Below are positions 13,111-25,800 of a stretch of 64,000 nt of DNA, one piece after another (positions within the stretch are counted from its first letter, which is position 1; each line of letters begins with the position of its first letter). A program made the translations under genes and the position numbers. Under the pieces are notes generated by a model. The model saw nothing but the letters and a program-made list of their open reading frames with translations. It ran no database searches and was not told the DNA's origin. This stretch comes from Balanoglossus misakiensis (Eukaryota > Animalia > Hemichordata). The stretch is from positions 3,069,344-3,133,343 of the forward strand of contig CM082584.2 of assembly GCA_040954595.2 (NCBI GenBank), in the 5' to 3' direction.

Positions 13111-13417
13111 CCGGCTAGTCGTCGGGCTCCATTTATTCACCGATCTAATCAACATTCCCGTATTTCACCATCTGCTTTTGGTCAAAATTTAGTGAGTATC
13201 AATCTTTAGAAGGACCGATATTTTTATCTATGAAAAAAAGACGTTTTCATACTACATTTGCGACAGGAAGCTGCAGTACAGCAGATGACAGTGACTGACC
13301 TAATAAAGTCAGTTTGTAAACAATATCACAGACTATGTAAGCTGCCTCATTATTTACTGCTTGCCTCCTTTATTTTGCAGAATGCAGTGACTACCGTAAT
13401 TCCCAAATAACATCATC

Positions 13418-14086
13418 ATGGGAGATCGCCGTTTACATCTACGGTGTCAGTCAAAGAATGGAAGAAAGCTGATTGAAAATTTGACTCTGCATTCAAGTGT
13501 TGGTACCCTGTTGCACAAGCTATCAACACTTTCTGGAGTCCCTGTTGAATCACAAGTAATCAAATACGGATATCCTCCCAGAGTCCTAGATCTTTCAGAC
13601 AGAAATGCTTCCCTGGAAACTTTACCATTTCGATCCGGAGATACTATACTTGTGGAAGAAAAGCCCTCGGAAGGACCAGCTAAATCTATTCCTCATCATG
13701 CTACTAAAACTGGAAAAAGTACAATCGGTGGCCGGTTGATCAAACTATCGGTCGATGCAGACAACTCCTGTTTATTCACAAGCATAAGTTTGCTGTTGGA
13801 ACAAGGACAGGCGTCTCCTGGTAGAGCTGGAGAACTCCGAAAACTTATCGCTCGTGTTGTGGCTGACGATCCAAGTACATACAATACAGCGTTTCTCGGC
13901 AGGGATAATGATGAATATTGTGCATGGATTATGAGCGATGAAACCTGGGGTGGCGCCATTGAAGTTTCCATTTTGTCCAAATTCTACGGCGTGGAGATTG
14001 ACGTAGTCGACACGCAATCAGTTCGCATCAGTCGTTTCGGAGAATCGGAAAACTATCAAAACAGAATACTGCTATTTGTTAATTAA
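13418..14086 (+). CDS. YOD1: YOD1/OTU1 deubiquitinase, C-terminally truncated (222 aa)
   Basis: N-terminal ubiquitin/UBX-like domain (IKYGYPPRVL, SGDTILVEE), OTU Cys box DADNSCLF, LGRDNDEYCAWI, WGGAIEVSILS, VDTQSVRISRFGE. The ORF stops at RILLFVN* just before the expected YDGIHYD His loop and C2H2 finger. Acceptor ttttgcag ends at 13380, upstream of the ATG. Confidence 0.9.
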   Translation: MGDRRLHLRCQSKNGRKLIENLTLHSSVGTLLHKLSTLSGVPVESQVIKYGYPPRVLDLSDRNASLETLPFRSGDTILVEEKPSEGPAKSIPHHATKTGKSTIGGRLIKLSVDADNSCLFTSISLLLEQGQASPGRAGELRKLIARVVADDPSTYNTAFLGRDNDEYCAWIMSDETWGGAIEVSILSKFYGVEIDVVDTQSVRISRFGESENYQNRILLFVN

Positions 14087-14304
14087 CAGGGGATACGCAT
14101 CGGTCAGGAATTGTCTAAATCTGAAAAGGGGCTTCCAGAAGCCATACAAGTTTCTGCAACCTATTGTTGCAATATCATCATTATCACATTCACAGTCAAC
14201 ATTCTTATTCCAACTGCCAAGTCCAATCGCAGCCTGGTCTCCGCCTTTGACAGTTATACAGTAACAATGAACAACAATATGAACAGCGATGCGGCGAATA
14301 AGAA

Positions 14305-16821
14305 ATGTGCGAGTTTTTAAAGCAAGAGGTGAGATAATTAGGACACAAGAGGTGATAATTAGGACAGTGATACGGTGTTGAGATACCCCCAGGCCATATG
14401 GGCGTCACACGCACATGGTAAACTGAGCGTGCCAGTCTGTACATATGTATGTTTACAAATACTGAAATAGCACATTGTGGCAGCATTGCACAAAAATACC
14501 AGTGTGAATTCAAAAGTGAAGGGGAAGCTGGTCTTTTCTGAAAAAATCACCATGTCAGCTAAATTCTGCAACCTAACATATGCCTGGAACTTTTAATAAC
14601 CAGTGCAGACTTGTTCATTCATACAACCCCAGCTAGTAGTAATCAAAATAAAAACTGAAATGTATAAAAGTAATTTGACAGTAGAGGATGAACACCATTT
14701 GTAATAGTGAAAAGAATTGTATGCCATTCCATAAAAATATGTCAAATTGTCCATAAGGCATATCTATCTTAGTGGTTATTAATAATAATAAAATCAGGAG
14801 TTGTGATCTCTAAAACTGCATGCTTAGCTTCTAAAAAGAAAACCTGTACACTAAGGCTGTAGTAACTGAATTAAAATGGCCAGGAAGGGGAAACCTCATA
14901 AGATTCTTGGTGCCTGGAAATGTCTTGATTCGCTAACCTCAATAGTCTAATAGTTTAATGGACATGTTTGTGTTTATGCAGCCTATGTGTACTGGTAAAT
15001 GGCTGTCTCTGAATAAGACCACGTACAGAGATGCAAGAGGCAAAGACAGGACCTGGGAAACAGTGGAAAGGACAACCAGAAGGGAACATGTCAAAGTTGA
15101 TGGTAAATATAAAATGTGCCGCCATTGTGAATCATTATATCACAGATTGAGAGTAAAAAAAGATTATCTTCCTACTAGATTGGAAAACCCTTATTTTCCA
15201 CATTTTTGTGATGCCTTTATTGCAGCAGTGTGTATGGTAGCAGTATTGAAACGAGTTCTACATTATGATTGCATGGTATTTGTAAAGCAGTACAGACCAG
15301 CCATGAAGTCTTACACCATCGAGTTTCCAGCAGGTATGTTTATGTGGCAGTTGGTGACCATAGCTGGTTCAAAGGAGGAACACTTGAGTGTTTTTATTGT
15401 GATGTCATGTCATGTAACACTTTGTTATATCATGGCATGCAAAGTGTTTGGCCAGACTGACAACATCATAATTTTTCAAGGTTAACATCCATGTTATGAT
15501 ATACCTGTTCCTTTGAAATGCAGTAGAACAAGGAAGGAACTGGCCATTCCATTCTGTTGAGTTTGCGTTTTGGACGATCACAGAGTACAGTAATGTAACG
15601 TATAAGGCATCTTGGTGGAGATGAGAAATAATTTGAATTCTGCTGCCATATGCCATAATGCAAAGTGATCCTTTATTTTTATGTTGATAGGTCTTGTTGA
15701 TGCCAATGAAACATTAGAAGAGACTTCATTGAGAGAAATGAAGGAGGAAACGGGGTATACTGCCACAGTCACACATGTTGGCTCTGGTAGGCATGCATTT
15801 TTATGAATCGAATACATGTAGGAATAAAGGTCACACAGCTGTCTGTATTATACACTCTCTTGGAATAAGTAAATTACGTGGCAGTGAGAGCTGTGCATTT
15901 CTTGGATACTTGTCATTCACACAGTCACTTCCATGCATCTGAGGAGTTATCCAGCTTACTGTACTGATATAGTGTGTTTTATTTATTCCAGCTACAGCTC
16001 TCGATCCTGGTGTTTCTAACTGTAATGTGGCTCAAGTTACAATGCAAGTAAGTTACCCACCTGCCATTAAAACTTTGAGAAAAACGAATTTTGTCGTGAT
16101 CTTTTGAAGCCTGTTTGATAAACTCCCTGATACCACCTGGCAGTGTTCTCCAAGTGAGATGACCATTATGAAGCCATCTACGATGACCACTATTCATGTA
16201 TATAGCAGTCATTGGACCAATCATGATGTGACAGCACATACTGGTTTATATTTTCAGATTGATGGTGATGATCCTGTGAATGAAAAGCCTCGTCAGAATA
16301 CAGGTAGGTACATCAACATATAAACCATGTGATAGACATCACTCAGTATTTTCTGTGTATGACCTGGTTACAAATTTACGAAATACACATGAAAAAAGAC
16401 TGATATGCTACTGTTGTTTTCAGATGAGGGTGAATCAATAGAAGTTCTTCTGCTTCCAATCCATCGACTCGTCTTCCAATTACAAGGTAGGAATAATTTG
16501 ACATGGAGCTTGAATGTGTATTTTTGTTGTCACATGCAAATATCTTGATGGTGTCTCATATTGATATCCCCGCAGATACCCAGGTTTCACTCACCCCTTC
16601 TGTAAGTGCGATACTTGACGGGAGAAAGAAAATTCTTAGAAAATCTGAATGTACCACAGGTGTCATAAATAATGACCTTGGAAAGACCTGCATCAAAAAC
16701 TATCTCTTGTCATGTTTCAGACTTGGCCAAAAAAGAGGATGTTGTCATCGATTCCAGAGTCTATGCATATGCTCTAGGACTTTACCAATCCAAAGAATTA
16801 TTCAACACCAAGAAGATGTGA
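14305..16821 (+). CDS. NUDT5: ADP-sugar pyrophosphatase (Nudix hydrolase 5), 8 coding exons
   Basis: Exons 14305-14328 (MCEFLKQE; start uncertain), 14982-15102 (GKWLSLNKTTYRD..RTWETVERTT), 15226-15333 (LHYDCMVFVKQYRP..IEFPA), 15691-15786 (Nudix box GLVDANETLEETSLREMKEETGY), 15992-16047 (LDPGVSNC), 16258-16303 (IDGDDPVN), 16424-16486 (EGESIEV), 16721-16821 (DSRVYAYALG..*). All introns GT-AG with matching phases. Confidence 0.93.
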
Positions 16822-17854
16822 AAAGGTGACAGTACAAATCTCTCTCGGAGGCTACTTGGTCTTCAGAGCATGCCTTTATTCAAATCTAATCGCAATTAAC
16901 TCATGTTAGATGTTAACTTACTACAATTGCAGGTTTTTGAACAACAATTTCCATTGGTGCATAAATTGAAATATTCATTTTTTGTGATATATATGTCTTT
17001 ATCAAAGTCAAAGATTTTGATGATTGATTTTGTGAAGGGTGGTAAATGGGCAGACATAAATGGGGTGCTTCCCCAAAGTATATTCAGCAAAGTTCACCCT
17101 TCATTGAGGAACTGTGCCTTGGTATTTTAGGTTAACTGGGGTAGGGACAAGGAAGTATGAACCAACTGCCATATTAGTTTGTTTGATATCCTCTGCCAAA
17201 TCTGATCACAATGTTCACATTCTGATATATATATAGTTGTCTTATTCTTATGAGAATTTTGGATCAGTGGGTAATCAACTTAGCTACATGCACTTCCAAC
17301 TCTTATAATGTGCGAGGTTTTAAAGGACTCACAGAAATATTTTTTTCAGTGTTTTCAGAACATTACATTGAAGAGAATAAAGGAAACTGTTTTACAAACT
17401 CTGTCAATCTTCAGTTTTTTGTTCGTCACTTTTATCCTTATGGATGGTTTGCAAATGTTTGTAAAACAACCGCAAGGACGTGTTCAACTATGAGGGCGTC
17501 ATTCATACTAGTGCACGCAGTCCCCCCACCTTTACGCATAGACTGTCTATGGTTTACTCAACTTTAAATATCAGTAGTCCAACACTGCCCGAATCGGTAA
17601 AGTTACATGTGGACCGCCGTGAACCCTATTCCTCTGTGGGGGTGTGAAAACAATATGGAAACATCCCATTTGTGATGACTCAGCTGTTTATATGGAACAA
17701 TGTCATGGTCTCCATAAATCGGTAACAGCATGCCTTAATAGAAAATCACAAGTATACATGTAGTAGACAGAATATCCTCATTGACATCGTCTCTGTTAAT
17801 ACGGTGTTCAAAGCCCACATCATCTTGTGTACAAATCATGGCCCAAGGGCAAAA

Positions 17855-18125
17855 CCCGATTAAAACCTCGACTTTTCTTGTTGTCAACAAATGTGATTTT
17901 ACTCCACCCATCAGCCATGCAGAAGCAATAACAAGTATCCCTAAAGAATCAACAGGGTGTCAGAGGGACTTATTAGACAATATCGTCTGTATAGATTAGG
18001 TCTTTCATGAAAACACATTCAATTGGACTCTGTAAAGCCTGTTTTCGAATTCAGCAGCGCTAAGTTGATATCAGAAAGGTTCGAGGACTTGATTTATTCT
18101 ATTCGTATATCTGAAGTAAGTGTTC
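17855..18125 (-). mobile_element. Possible decayed RTE-clade LINE reverse-transcriptase fragment
   Basis: Minus-strand peptides in the expected order, broken by stops and frameshifts: YFRY, NLALLNSKT, MKDLIYTDDIV (YADD-like, 17982-17993), KVEVLI. Confidence 0.35.
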
Positions 18126-19759
18126 CCAGAAAATAAGAATATATTGTGTACTATAACCGAAAAAAAATACACGCGAACAAGATTCTTACAATGCATTGAG
18201 GTCATCTCCATGTCTTGTACAAGAAAGATAGCCCACCGTGACTTCAGCGTCGAAGCCAAAAGATCGGGTGAACGAATTTGAGAAGCAGTTGCCATAGCAG
18301 GGAAGGAAGTGTCCAAAGGAAATTAGGTACAGATGATGATGTCTCAAAAGATTTGAGACAAATTGTCTGAAACGAAAACCCAGGATAATTACTAGCTAGT
18401 GGGTATCTTCAGAGCTCCAGATATCGCTGTCAATGCGAAATTAATGCAGGTATTATAATATTCCTTCCTTCTCATTTAAACGAATCAAAACCATCCAAAA
18501 TCTGACATCCGAGAATCTGAAGTCTCTAACAGGAAATATACAAGGCCTCCCCGATTTAAAGTTTCAGAGATAATGAATAATTATATTATAATACCGCATT
18601 TCAGCGTTAATTACTACCTCTAACTATCGAAAAGTGAAACCCGTATTCTCTTTTCGCAGATTAAAAAAACCGAGTGTAATTATATATTTATGACATATGA
18701 GACAAAATCCGCTTGGTTTCAAATATTCTTCTAAGAAATTGTTCAGAATCATACCAGATGAATAGCATGTCTTATTTATCTATTGACGACAGAGAATGCC
18801 CACTCGGTGCCTATAGCTATCGGACTGGTACAAAGTTCTGCATTAAATCCTTGTTAAATGAAAACTTTGGGGTAAAAACTTCAGGCTATCAAATCAATTC
18901 ATTCAAAACGTTGTCGATTATTTGTATAGATTGCTGCGTACACATATTCGGTGATATTTTTCGTGCGTCGAAAGTGAAAACCCGGCTTCTGTTTTGCGTT
19001 TTGAAAACTACGCGCTAAATCTGCGCAGGTCCGAGTCTGGGAAACACAAAGACAGTAACCATTTCATAAACTAATTAGCATATACATTTATCAGAGAACC
19101 ATCTTGAAAGCACATACATTTTTTATCCATCATTTCATAGTTCCTTTCATTCTATCAATTCAGGTGAATGATTGATTTCGTCAATTTATTGATAGCTTGT
19201 AACTGAATATCATTTTTTTCTAAAGTAGTAATAGATAAGCGGAACACTAATCGCCTGGATGATACAATCTACGTGATTGATTCAGGCATCAAATACATCG
19301 TCACAATCATACAGAGAGTACTTTTTCACTCCTCCCCCGTGGGCGAACTCTGGGGGGGGGGGGTATAACTTGGGTTCCGTCCATCCGTGCATTAATAAGA
19401 TACGCTTCGGCTCAACACGAATACCTCCATTATTTTTTTCATGTACTAATCGAGCGGGGACTATGTCATTGGCAATAACTTCTTATTCAGGGGACACACC
19501 TGGTTCCACACAGACATAATTTGTCAATTATGAAGAAGTTGCAAACAGTTACCTCTCTTCTTATTGTACAGGCTAGGGGATTGGATTTTGAAGAAAGAAA
19601 ACGATGACCGGCTGTTACACGGAAAGTAGCAAGCTGTTTCAGAAAAGACCCGGAAATCTTTTTTTTTTTTCGGGATGAATAATATTCCGGTTGTTTTCAT
19701 ATCGCAATACGCTTTGTAATCTCGCCTATAACTTTAAGCTTTCTGGATCCATATGACAA

Positions 19760-19806
19760 ACTAGACTAGACTAGACCAGATCAGACTAGAATAGACTAGA
19801 ATAGAA
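19760..19806. repeat. Degenerate (CTAGA)n microsatellite
   Basis: ctagactagactagaccagatcagactagaatagactagaataga. Confidence 0.8.
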
Positions 19807-22800
19807 CGTTAAAAATGAAAAGTCGAAAAGCAAGAGATGTGGCGTTTGATGTACCGCATAATGACACAACATCGCCCTATAAAAAATAATTCCATACCTT
19901 AAAATTAAGAGACCACAGAAGAAAGGGACATCGGATCAATACCCAGTCTTAATACTTTTTATCTTGTTAATTGCCCATTATATTATGTTATCTTTTATAC
20001 ACGGAACCGAATGATGAGAACGCAAAGCGTGGATGAAAACCGCCGTAAAAACACACACAGGACACAACTGCACGGAGGCTCGCAACGTTGTTTCAGTATA
20101 TTAAAAAATTGTTTTAAATATGTCATGGACAGGTTACCCAGTCTGTTCATATCGCACAGGTGGGCGAAAACCAAGCAATCGAACATAATATCACCTTACT
20201 AAAATCAATCGGAAATGTTAAAGGACCGACTCCTCCGATGCCGATGGGGAGAACTGACTGAGAAAGATTTGAAAGGCAGAATTCTTGGTTGCGGCTGGCT
20301 GTTCTGTGCGGACTCGGATAACGTTATTTCCCTTTCTTCTGTGGTCTAATATCGAGGTGGGCAGCTGATATCGTTGATAAAATGTTACAGTACAGAATTT
20401 CCAATGTCAAAACACAGAACTCCAATGTGAGAGCACACAGTGAACGCTCTTGAATCACCAAAGAAATTTAATCATCAATAAAGTAGAACGTGATTAAAAC
20501 GGAATGGGGATTTCATATGGCTCGAGGCAAAATCATGAACATATAACATTCAACGATAAATGGAGTATTTCAAAGATAAATGACATGTTCTAGTGTGTTT
20601 ATCAATAAGATAAGGGACCAGCCAGAATTAACAAGAGGAGGGCAGTTGGTGTACTATTTTCATGCAGGTTTTCATGAGAAGTCCCTAAATTTCGTACAGG
20701 CATTTTGGAAAGTCCCGTATTTTTTCTTGCAAAGATGTTTTGAAAATATGCGACCACACGCTTTAGTTTTTACGACTAACCTAACCACAAAACGATAAAC
20801 ATGTGTCTTTCGGCTATTTAGAATTATTTCCAAAGTGTCCTAATTTTGACAACCGCTATTTACACACCCTTCAAATCTTTGCAATTGTGTCCACATTTCA
20901 ATACTATCCAATTAGCCTATAACATTTATATTGAGTATTAGGAATGGACAATTGTCCGTTGAATAACAATACGCCTAATGGCTAACTCATCGAAGGAGTG
21001 ATATCATGAAGTAAGGGATGAATTCAATCAGATTAAACTTTTCTATCAGGTGCAGTGCTCTTAAACTATTAACCACGAGGCAGCAGACGTGTCGTCTGCT
21101 CGTTTCTGTTTTATTCTCGGAGTTGGCCGACTCAGAATGGTAATCCGGGAATATAGACTGTAACTATCCCTTTAAGAATCTAATTGAGTCTTAATAATCC
21201 AGCTGAGCAAAGCACATTATCTTATTCTATGAAAAGGCGACCTTTTCATGTTGCTCATTCTCAAGACATTGTGAGCGTCATCGGTAGAATATGTGCCCCA
21301 ATAGTATCTAAATAGCCGCGCCTGCAAGAAGACGGCGAGCCCCAAGAATGGTTGCGCAATAGATGATTTCCGCTCATTGCGTGCTCTCGCGAGATCTTTG
21401 TTAATTACCGTAACAACGGGTTGCTATCCAACGTAATACAAGCCAAGCTTGGTATGAATAACTAGAGAGTTTAAAAAATATTATTCAAACGTTTGTGCCG
21501 TTTAACTCAACAGGTCACGCGTTGTTTGTACTGTGTAACATGAGCATGCCCCCCCATGCAAACTGCCTAACCACGCGAGATCTCGCAGTGTCTCGTGAAG
21601 TTCGGAAAATGGTATATTACCAGGAGACATCGAAACACACAAATGAGTGAAACTATCAAGGTTCCGAGTGCCGGAGATCAACAAATCAATCTGTTTGATA
21701 TATTGCCATTTTAGTGTACACTTTTGTCTGTGAATAAAGACGAATAACCTCTCTGCTGCATGTAATGACAGATTAATTGCACTGAGATTATATAGACTTA
21801 CGAATCTGACATAGTCTGAAGAGGATAAATAGCACTAATAGCTTAGTTAGTACGCTGCACGCGTGCTTATCGAAGTTTCTTGAGCTTCTTGGTAGTCTCA
21901 CTGAATGCAGATATTCAATAACGTTCTTTATTCTGGGAATCCAGTATATTAAACGAACTTCATTTGTGCCACAGCTCAAGGGCATGGTTCAGTTGGCAAA
22001 TATGTTTGTGGGATGTGTATATTCTCTTGGAAGGGTTAACGAAGAAAAATTAACGCAATCGTCCCATGTTTCTCGTAAAATTAGAATACAGTATTTTGAT
22101 GGAGCCGTACTTTGTAATAAAGATTGTCCACATCAAGGGGAAACAGCCCGTAGTCTGATTAATATATCGACTATAACGAATGTTCTAAGCATGGCTGTGT
22201 ATCAGAGAGTGTAAAGTGTTTAGAGCTATATCTTTTATACCCCATCTGTCCATGGAAAGATGAGAAAGACACAAGACAAAAGGAACACTAAGCAGCTTAA
22301 ATTCTTATGTCGTATTAATACGGTGTTCAAGCAATGTACGGGTAAACGACCGGCCTTCCACCCGGGTATTTACATTGTCGACAACGGGCAGTTTCCTGGG
22401 ATAAACCCCAATCAATCCGCTGAAAGCAGATCAATAAAAGCAATATCATCCTTCTGAAGAATGCAACGGGGTAACAACCATCGGATAGGCTATTATGTAT
22501 GTCCAACAGCCTGGCCAGATTTATATTTCCGCCGAAGGTGTCCTTTAAAGCACACATTCACGGATGAATTCATCCATTGCTTGAGAAGTAACATGAGTGT
22601 TTATCAATATGATATATGCGAGTCATTAAGAACAATGCTTGGAAGAAACTCCAACACGTTCTATTATATACGTAGCAGATTATTGACCAGGTATGATGTA
22701 TCTTATCATTCCAGGAAATGAATGTTTCATCACGATAATTTATATCGATAACATGTGTTTCATTTATGAGTAGTAATGTGAATTCGTGATATACGTTGCA

Positions 22801-25800
22801 TATATTTCCCTAATAGGTTAATTTGCAAATCATCCAAGTTGTCAAAGAAGACATATAGTCTCTTTTAAGTCTTTGTCGTGCAAATAACCTTCACACGCTA
22901 TTGACGGCTGTATCCGCGGGGCAGAACTAATTGTCGCTATTGATCAGAGAAGGATTTGATCTTTAAAAAACAATTTTAGGGCCAAGATTCAGAGTTGAAT
23001 TGATAATGCAAAGGTCAAGTGGTTCTGATCTCGTGACATATAAGTATAACTTCTTCTTGTTAGCAGAACTCGGGCGACAATACAATGCATTACAATACAC
23101 AGCGTATTAAGAGATCATAATAAAACACAGCCAAAATTGACGGATTAATAATTAATTTCCGAATGATTAATTACCCATGTTGTATCCGCTTTTGCACAAT
23201 TTGCATTTTTTTTCTTGCAAGATATAACGATTCCGATAAACGCTTGAAATACAGGATGTGACGCGCAAAGCTATACTTATCAAAAACGTACTTGTAAAGG
23301 TTAACCGCGAGCAAGTACCCTTGCCACCGGCGCTAATATCCAGTGATCAAAAGCGAAAGCTATCGTAATGAATATCATTATCTTCCACATGGTACTTGTC
23401 ATTGACAAAAAAAAATCTACTGGCAAACGTGCAAGAGTACTTTTTCTTTGTTGAACCGTGGTTGTCAGTTTCCGAAAGAACATCTGTATTTATTTTCAAA
23501 GGGCTGAACTGTTAAGAGAGAGTTAATATTTTCCAACTGTAAGAAAAATTACCCTGAAAAAATAATGACTGTAATATTGTGAACAGCATGACGTACACTC
23601 TCATATGCGGAGTTTATGATTCATTGGTGACTTGGGGAGTCTAAGGTATACCTTAAAACGGTCGCTGATTTGTGAATATGTGTTTGTCAAGTGGATCTGA
23701 CTGTTCATCAATTTTACCATAAGACACCGAAAATTAGTTTTCGCCGTTCCGTTATATGAGCTCCCGTGGCCCACAACACTAACCTGATATTGATATTAAA
23801 ATTGGGTATTTTGTCCCGCCTGGCTACACGTACGGGAAACGTGGTAAAACAGTAATCGCTAGGTACACCATCTTTGAGAAATTGTCTTTGCTGGTAACAT
23901 ACGTCTTGACTGCCGAAGAAAGGGTATTATTCCCGGCGAGACTCCAACGTATTACTCGCAAGGTTTCACAAAATAATGATGCAATTAGTAGTAGATAACG
24001 AAGCAATCATATTGGCTTCATTGATCTCCTGTGTCCTTAAGCGAAGATCAGCCCCAAGAGATTGGCAACATAAACCATCTTTTCAAACGGCCGCAGCCGC
24101 AACTGTGAGGTTAATGGCATTTTGACTCAGGGGGGGGGGGGGGGGAGGTTGGACGCGTTCGTGGCCTGACTTTTAATCACATCCACTTTCCGGAATTCAT
24201 AGCAGTAGATGTTTGCGCGTCTATTGATAATTAGACAATTAGTCTAACGGTTATGATATCTCTGGTACACCGTGTTGCTTTTGCACTGATATCGGTTCCC
24301 TTAGAAAATGCATTCGCCCAGTTATTTCTTGTTGTATATGCGTCCTGTGTGTGTAAATCAACAAATATTTTACGGAAATTTCAACAGAACGCCAGGTTTC
24401 CAGGATGACAATTATAATGATACTTTCACCAAGCTTATCTAAGGCACTGATTAATCACCCGCCTTTGGCGCTTGTCTGTTTCTTGGCAATATATCATCGA
24501 CGTTTTGAAACTCCCCCCCCCCCCCCTCTCCGACATCAAATCTAAAGCGAGATCATATTACATGGAAGGGGAATTTCATAGCAGTAATAGTCAGTTTCGT
24601 TTTACAAGTAGAATATATAATGCAAATCACACAATATTTTTTCCAGGAAAATATATGAAATATGATATCAAAGTGGTATATAAAATGCATGTTTGAGTGC
24701 AGGCTGTAGTTTAGAAAATGAAAGAATTCAATTTCATTTAAGTCGTTATCGTAAGACAGCTTGTTTGATAGCCAGCATGAAATCCCTACAGGTATTACCG
24801 AGGTCATGTTTTAGATCATGATTGACATATGTATCTCGGGGGAAACACGTGTGATGTTAGCGCACGAAACGTTCAAACCGTGACTTACAATATTTTACAT
24901 TGCGCGTCATCATCGGTTAAAATCTTCCTTGAAGACTCTGTAGACAAAGTAAGATCAACTGAAAAGTATTTACGGTAATTTGTTCTTAGCTATTCAATCT
25001 TCGGTTGAAAATTCGATTCAATTCAGTTCAATTCAACTGAATTCACTTTATGTGAAGTTTTTCCTGGCAAAGCATTTGGCAATGGCTTACAAAACGTATG
25101 TATGAAAGTATGGTGTGACAAAAAAGTACGGCGTGACATTCAAGCAGGCAATATGTCTGCGTTCGGTTTCACTGAACTTTTTCTTTCTTCTTATCTTGTA
25201 ATTCATTGTCCATTCCGAAACAAATATCCCGCAACCGATAGTGATCCACGTCTTTGGAATAGGAAAGCATGCACAGAATTATCTATTGCGATAATCCGCC
25301 GGGGTGGCTTCATCGTCTATACTATTCGCGGTGGCCCAGTGATATACCATGCAGTGATGGGGCCGAGAAGAGAGGCCCACAGTGAACCACTGATAAGACT
25401 AGAGTCTTCCTCCTTCCCGATAAGGCGGCGCATTCTCTCTGGGAAAAAAAGGACGTTGCCGTGCCTTGAAAAACGACGAATTTACTTATTTCATGCCGCC
25501 ATAGTTTGTTCCCATATGTTGTAACAGTATAAACGTATCTACAGTGTCTCTGTGGGCATTCTCAAACATCAACACAAATAAACTGCGAAAATAGCACGTG
25601 TTTATCCCCCCCCCCCAAGTATCATGAAGCATTCTAAATAACAATGGGGAGAATTTCAAAAGCATTTTCCCCCTGACTAATTTCGGTTTTCTGAATCACT
25701 TTCTGTTGTACCCCCCCCCCCCCCCCCAAGTTGTTTGCATTATGACAGATTCAGTTGTGCCGGAGTATTGGCGTTGGGCATAGGCCCTCTGTAGACACGT

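Noticed and set aside
12770-16821. Operon-like or polycistronic POLR3C-YOD1-NUDT5 cluster
   Set aside because: The tight spacing coincides with truncation of the first two genes, so deletion or mis-assembly is a simpler explanation.
19322-19392. Helentron/DINE-like end (C/G hairpin then gtcc repeats); similar patch at about 42076-42190
   Set aside because: Too decayed to define both ends or assign a family by eye.
21385-21394. TCTCGCGAGA promoter palindrome (also at 42513-42522)
   Set aside because: No adjacent gene start was identified; an isolated 10-mer is insufficient evidence.
24129-25727. Long G/C homopolymer runs as functional G-quadruplexes
   Set aside because: Similar runs are part of MITE families in this window and homopolymer length is error-prone.
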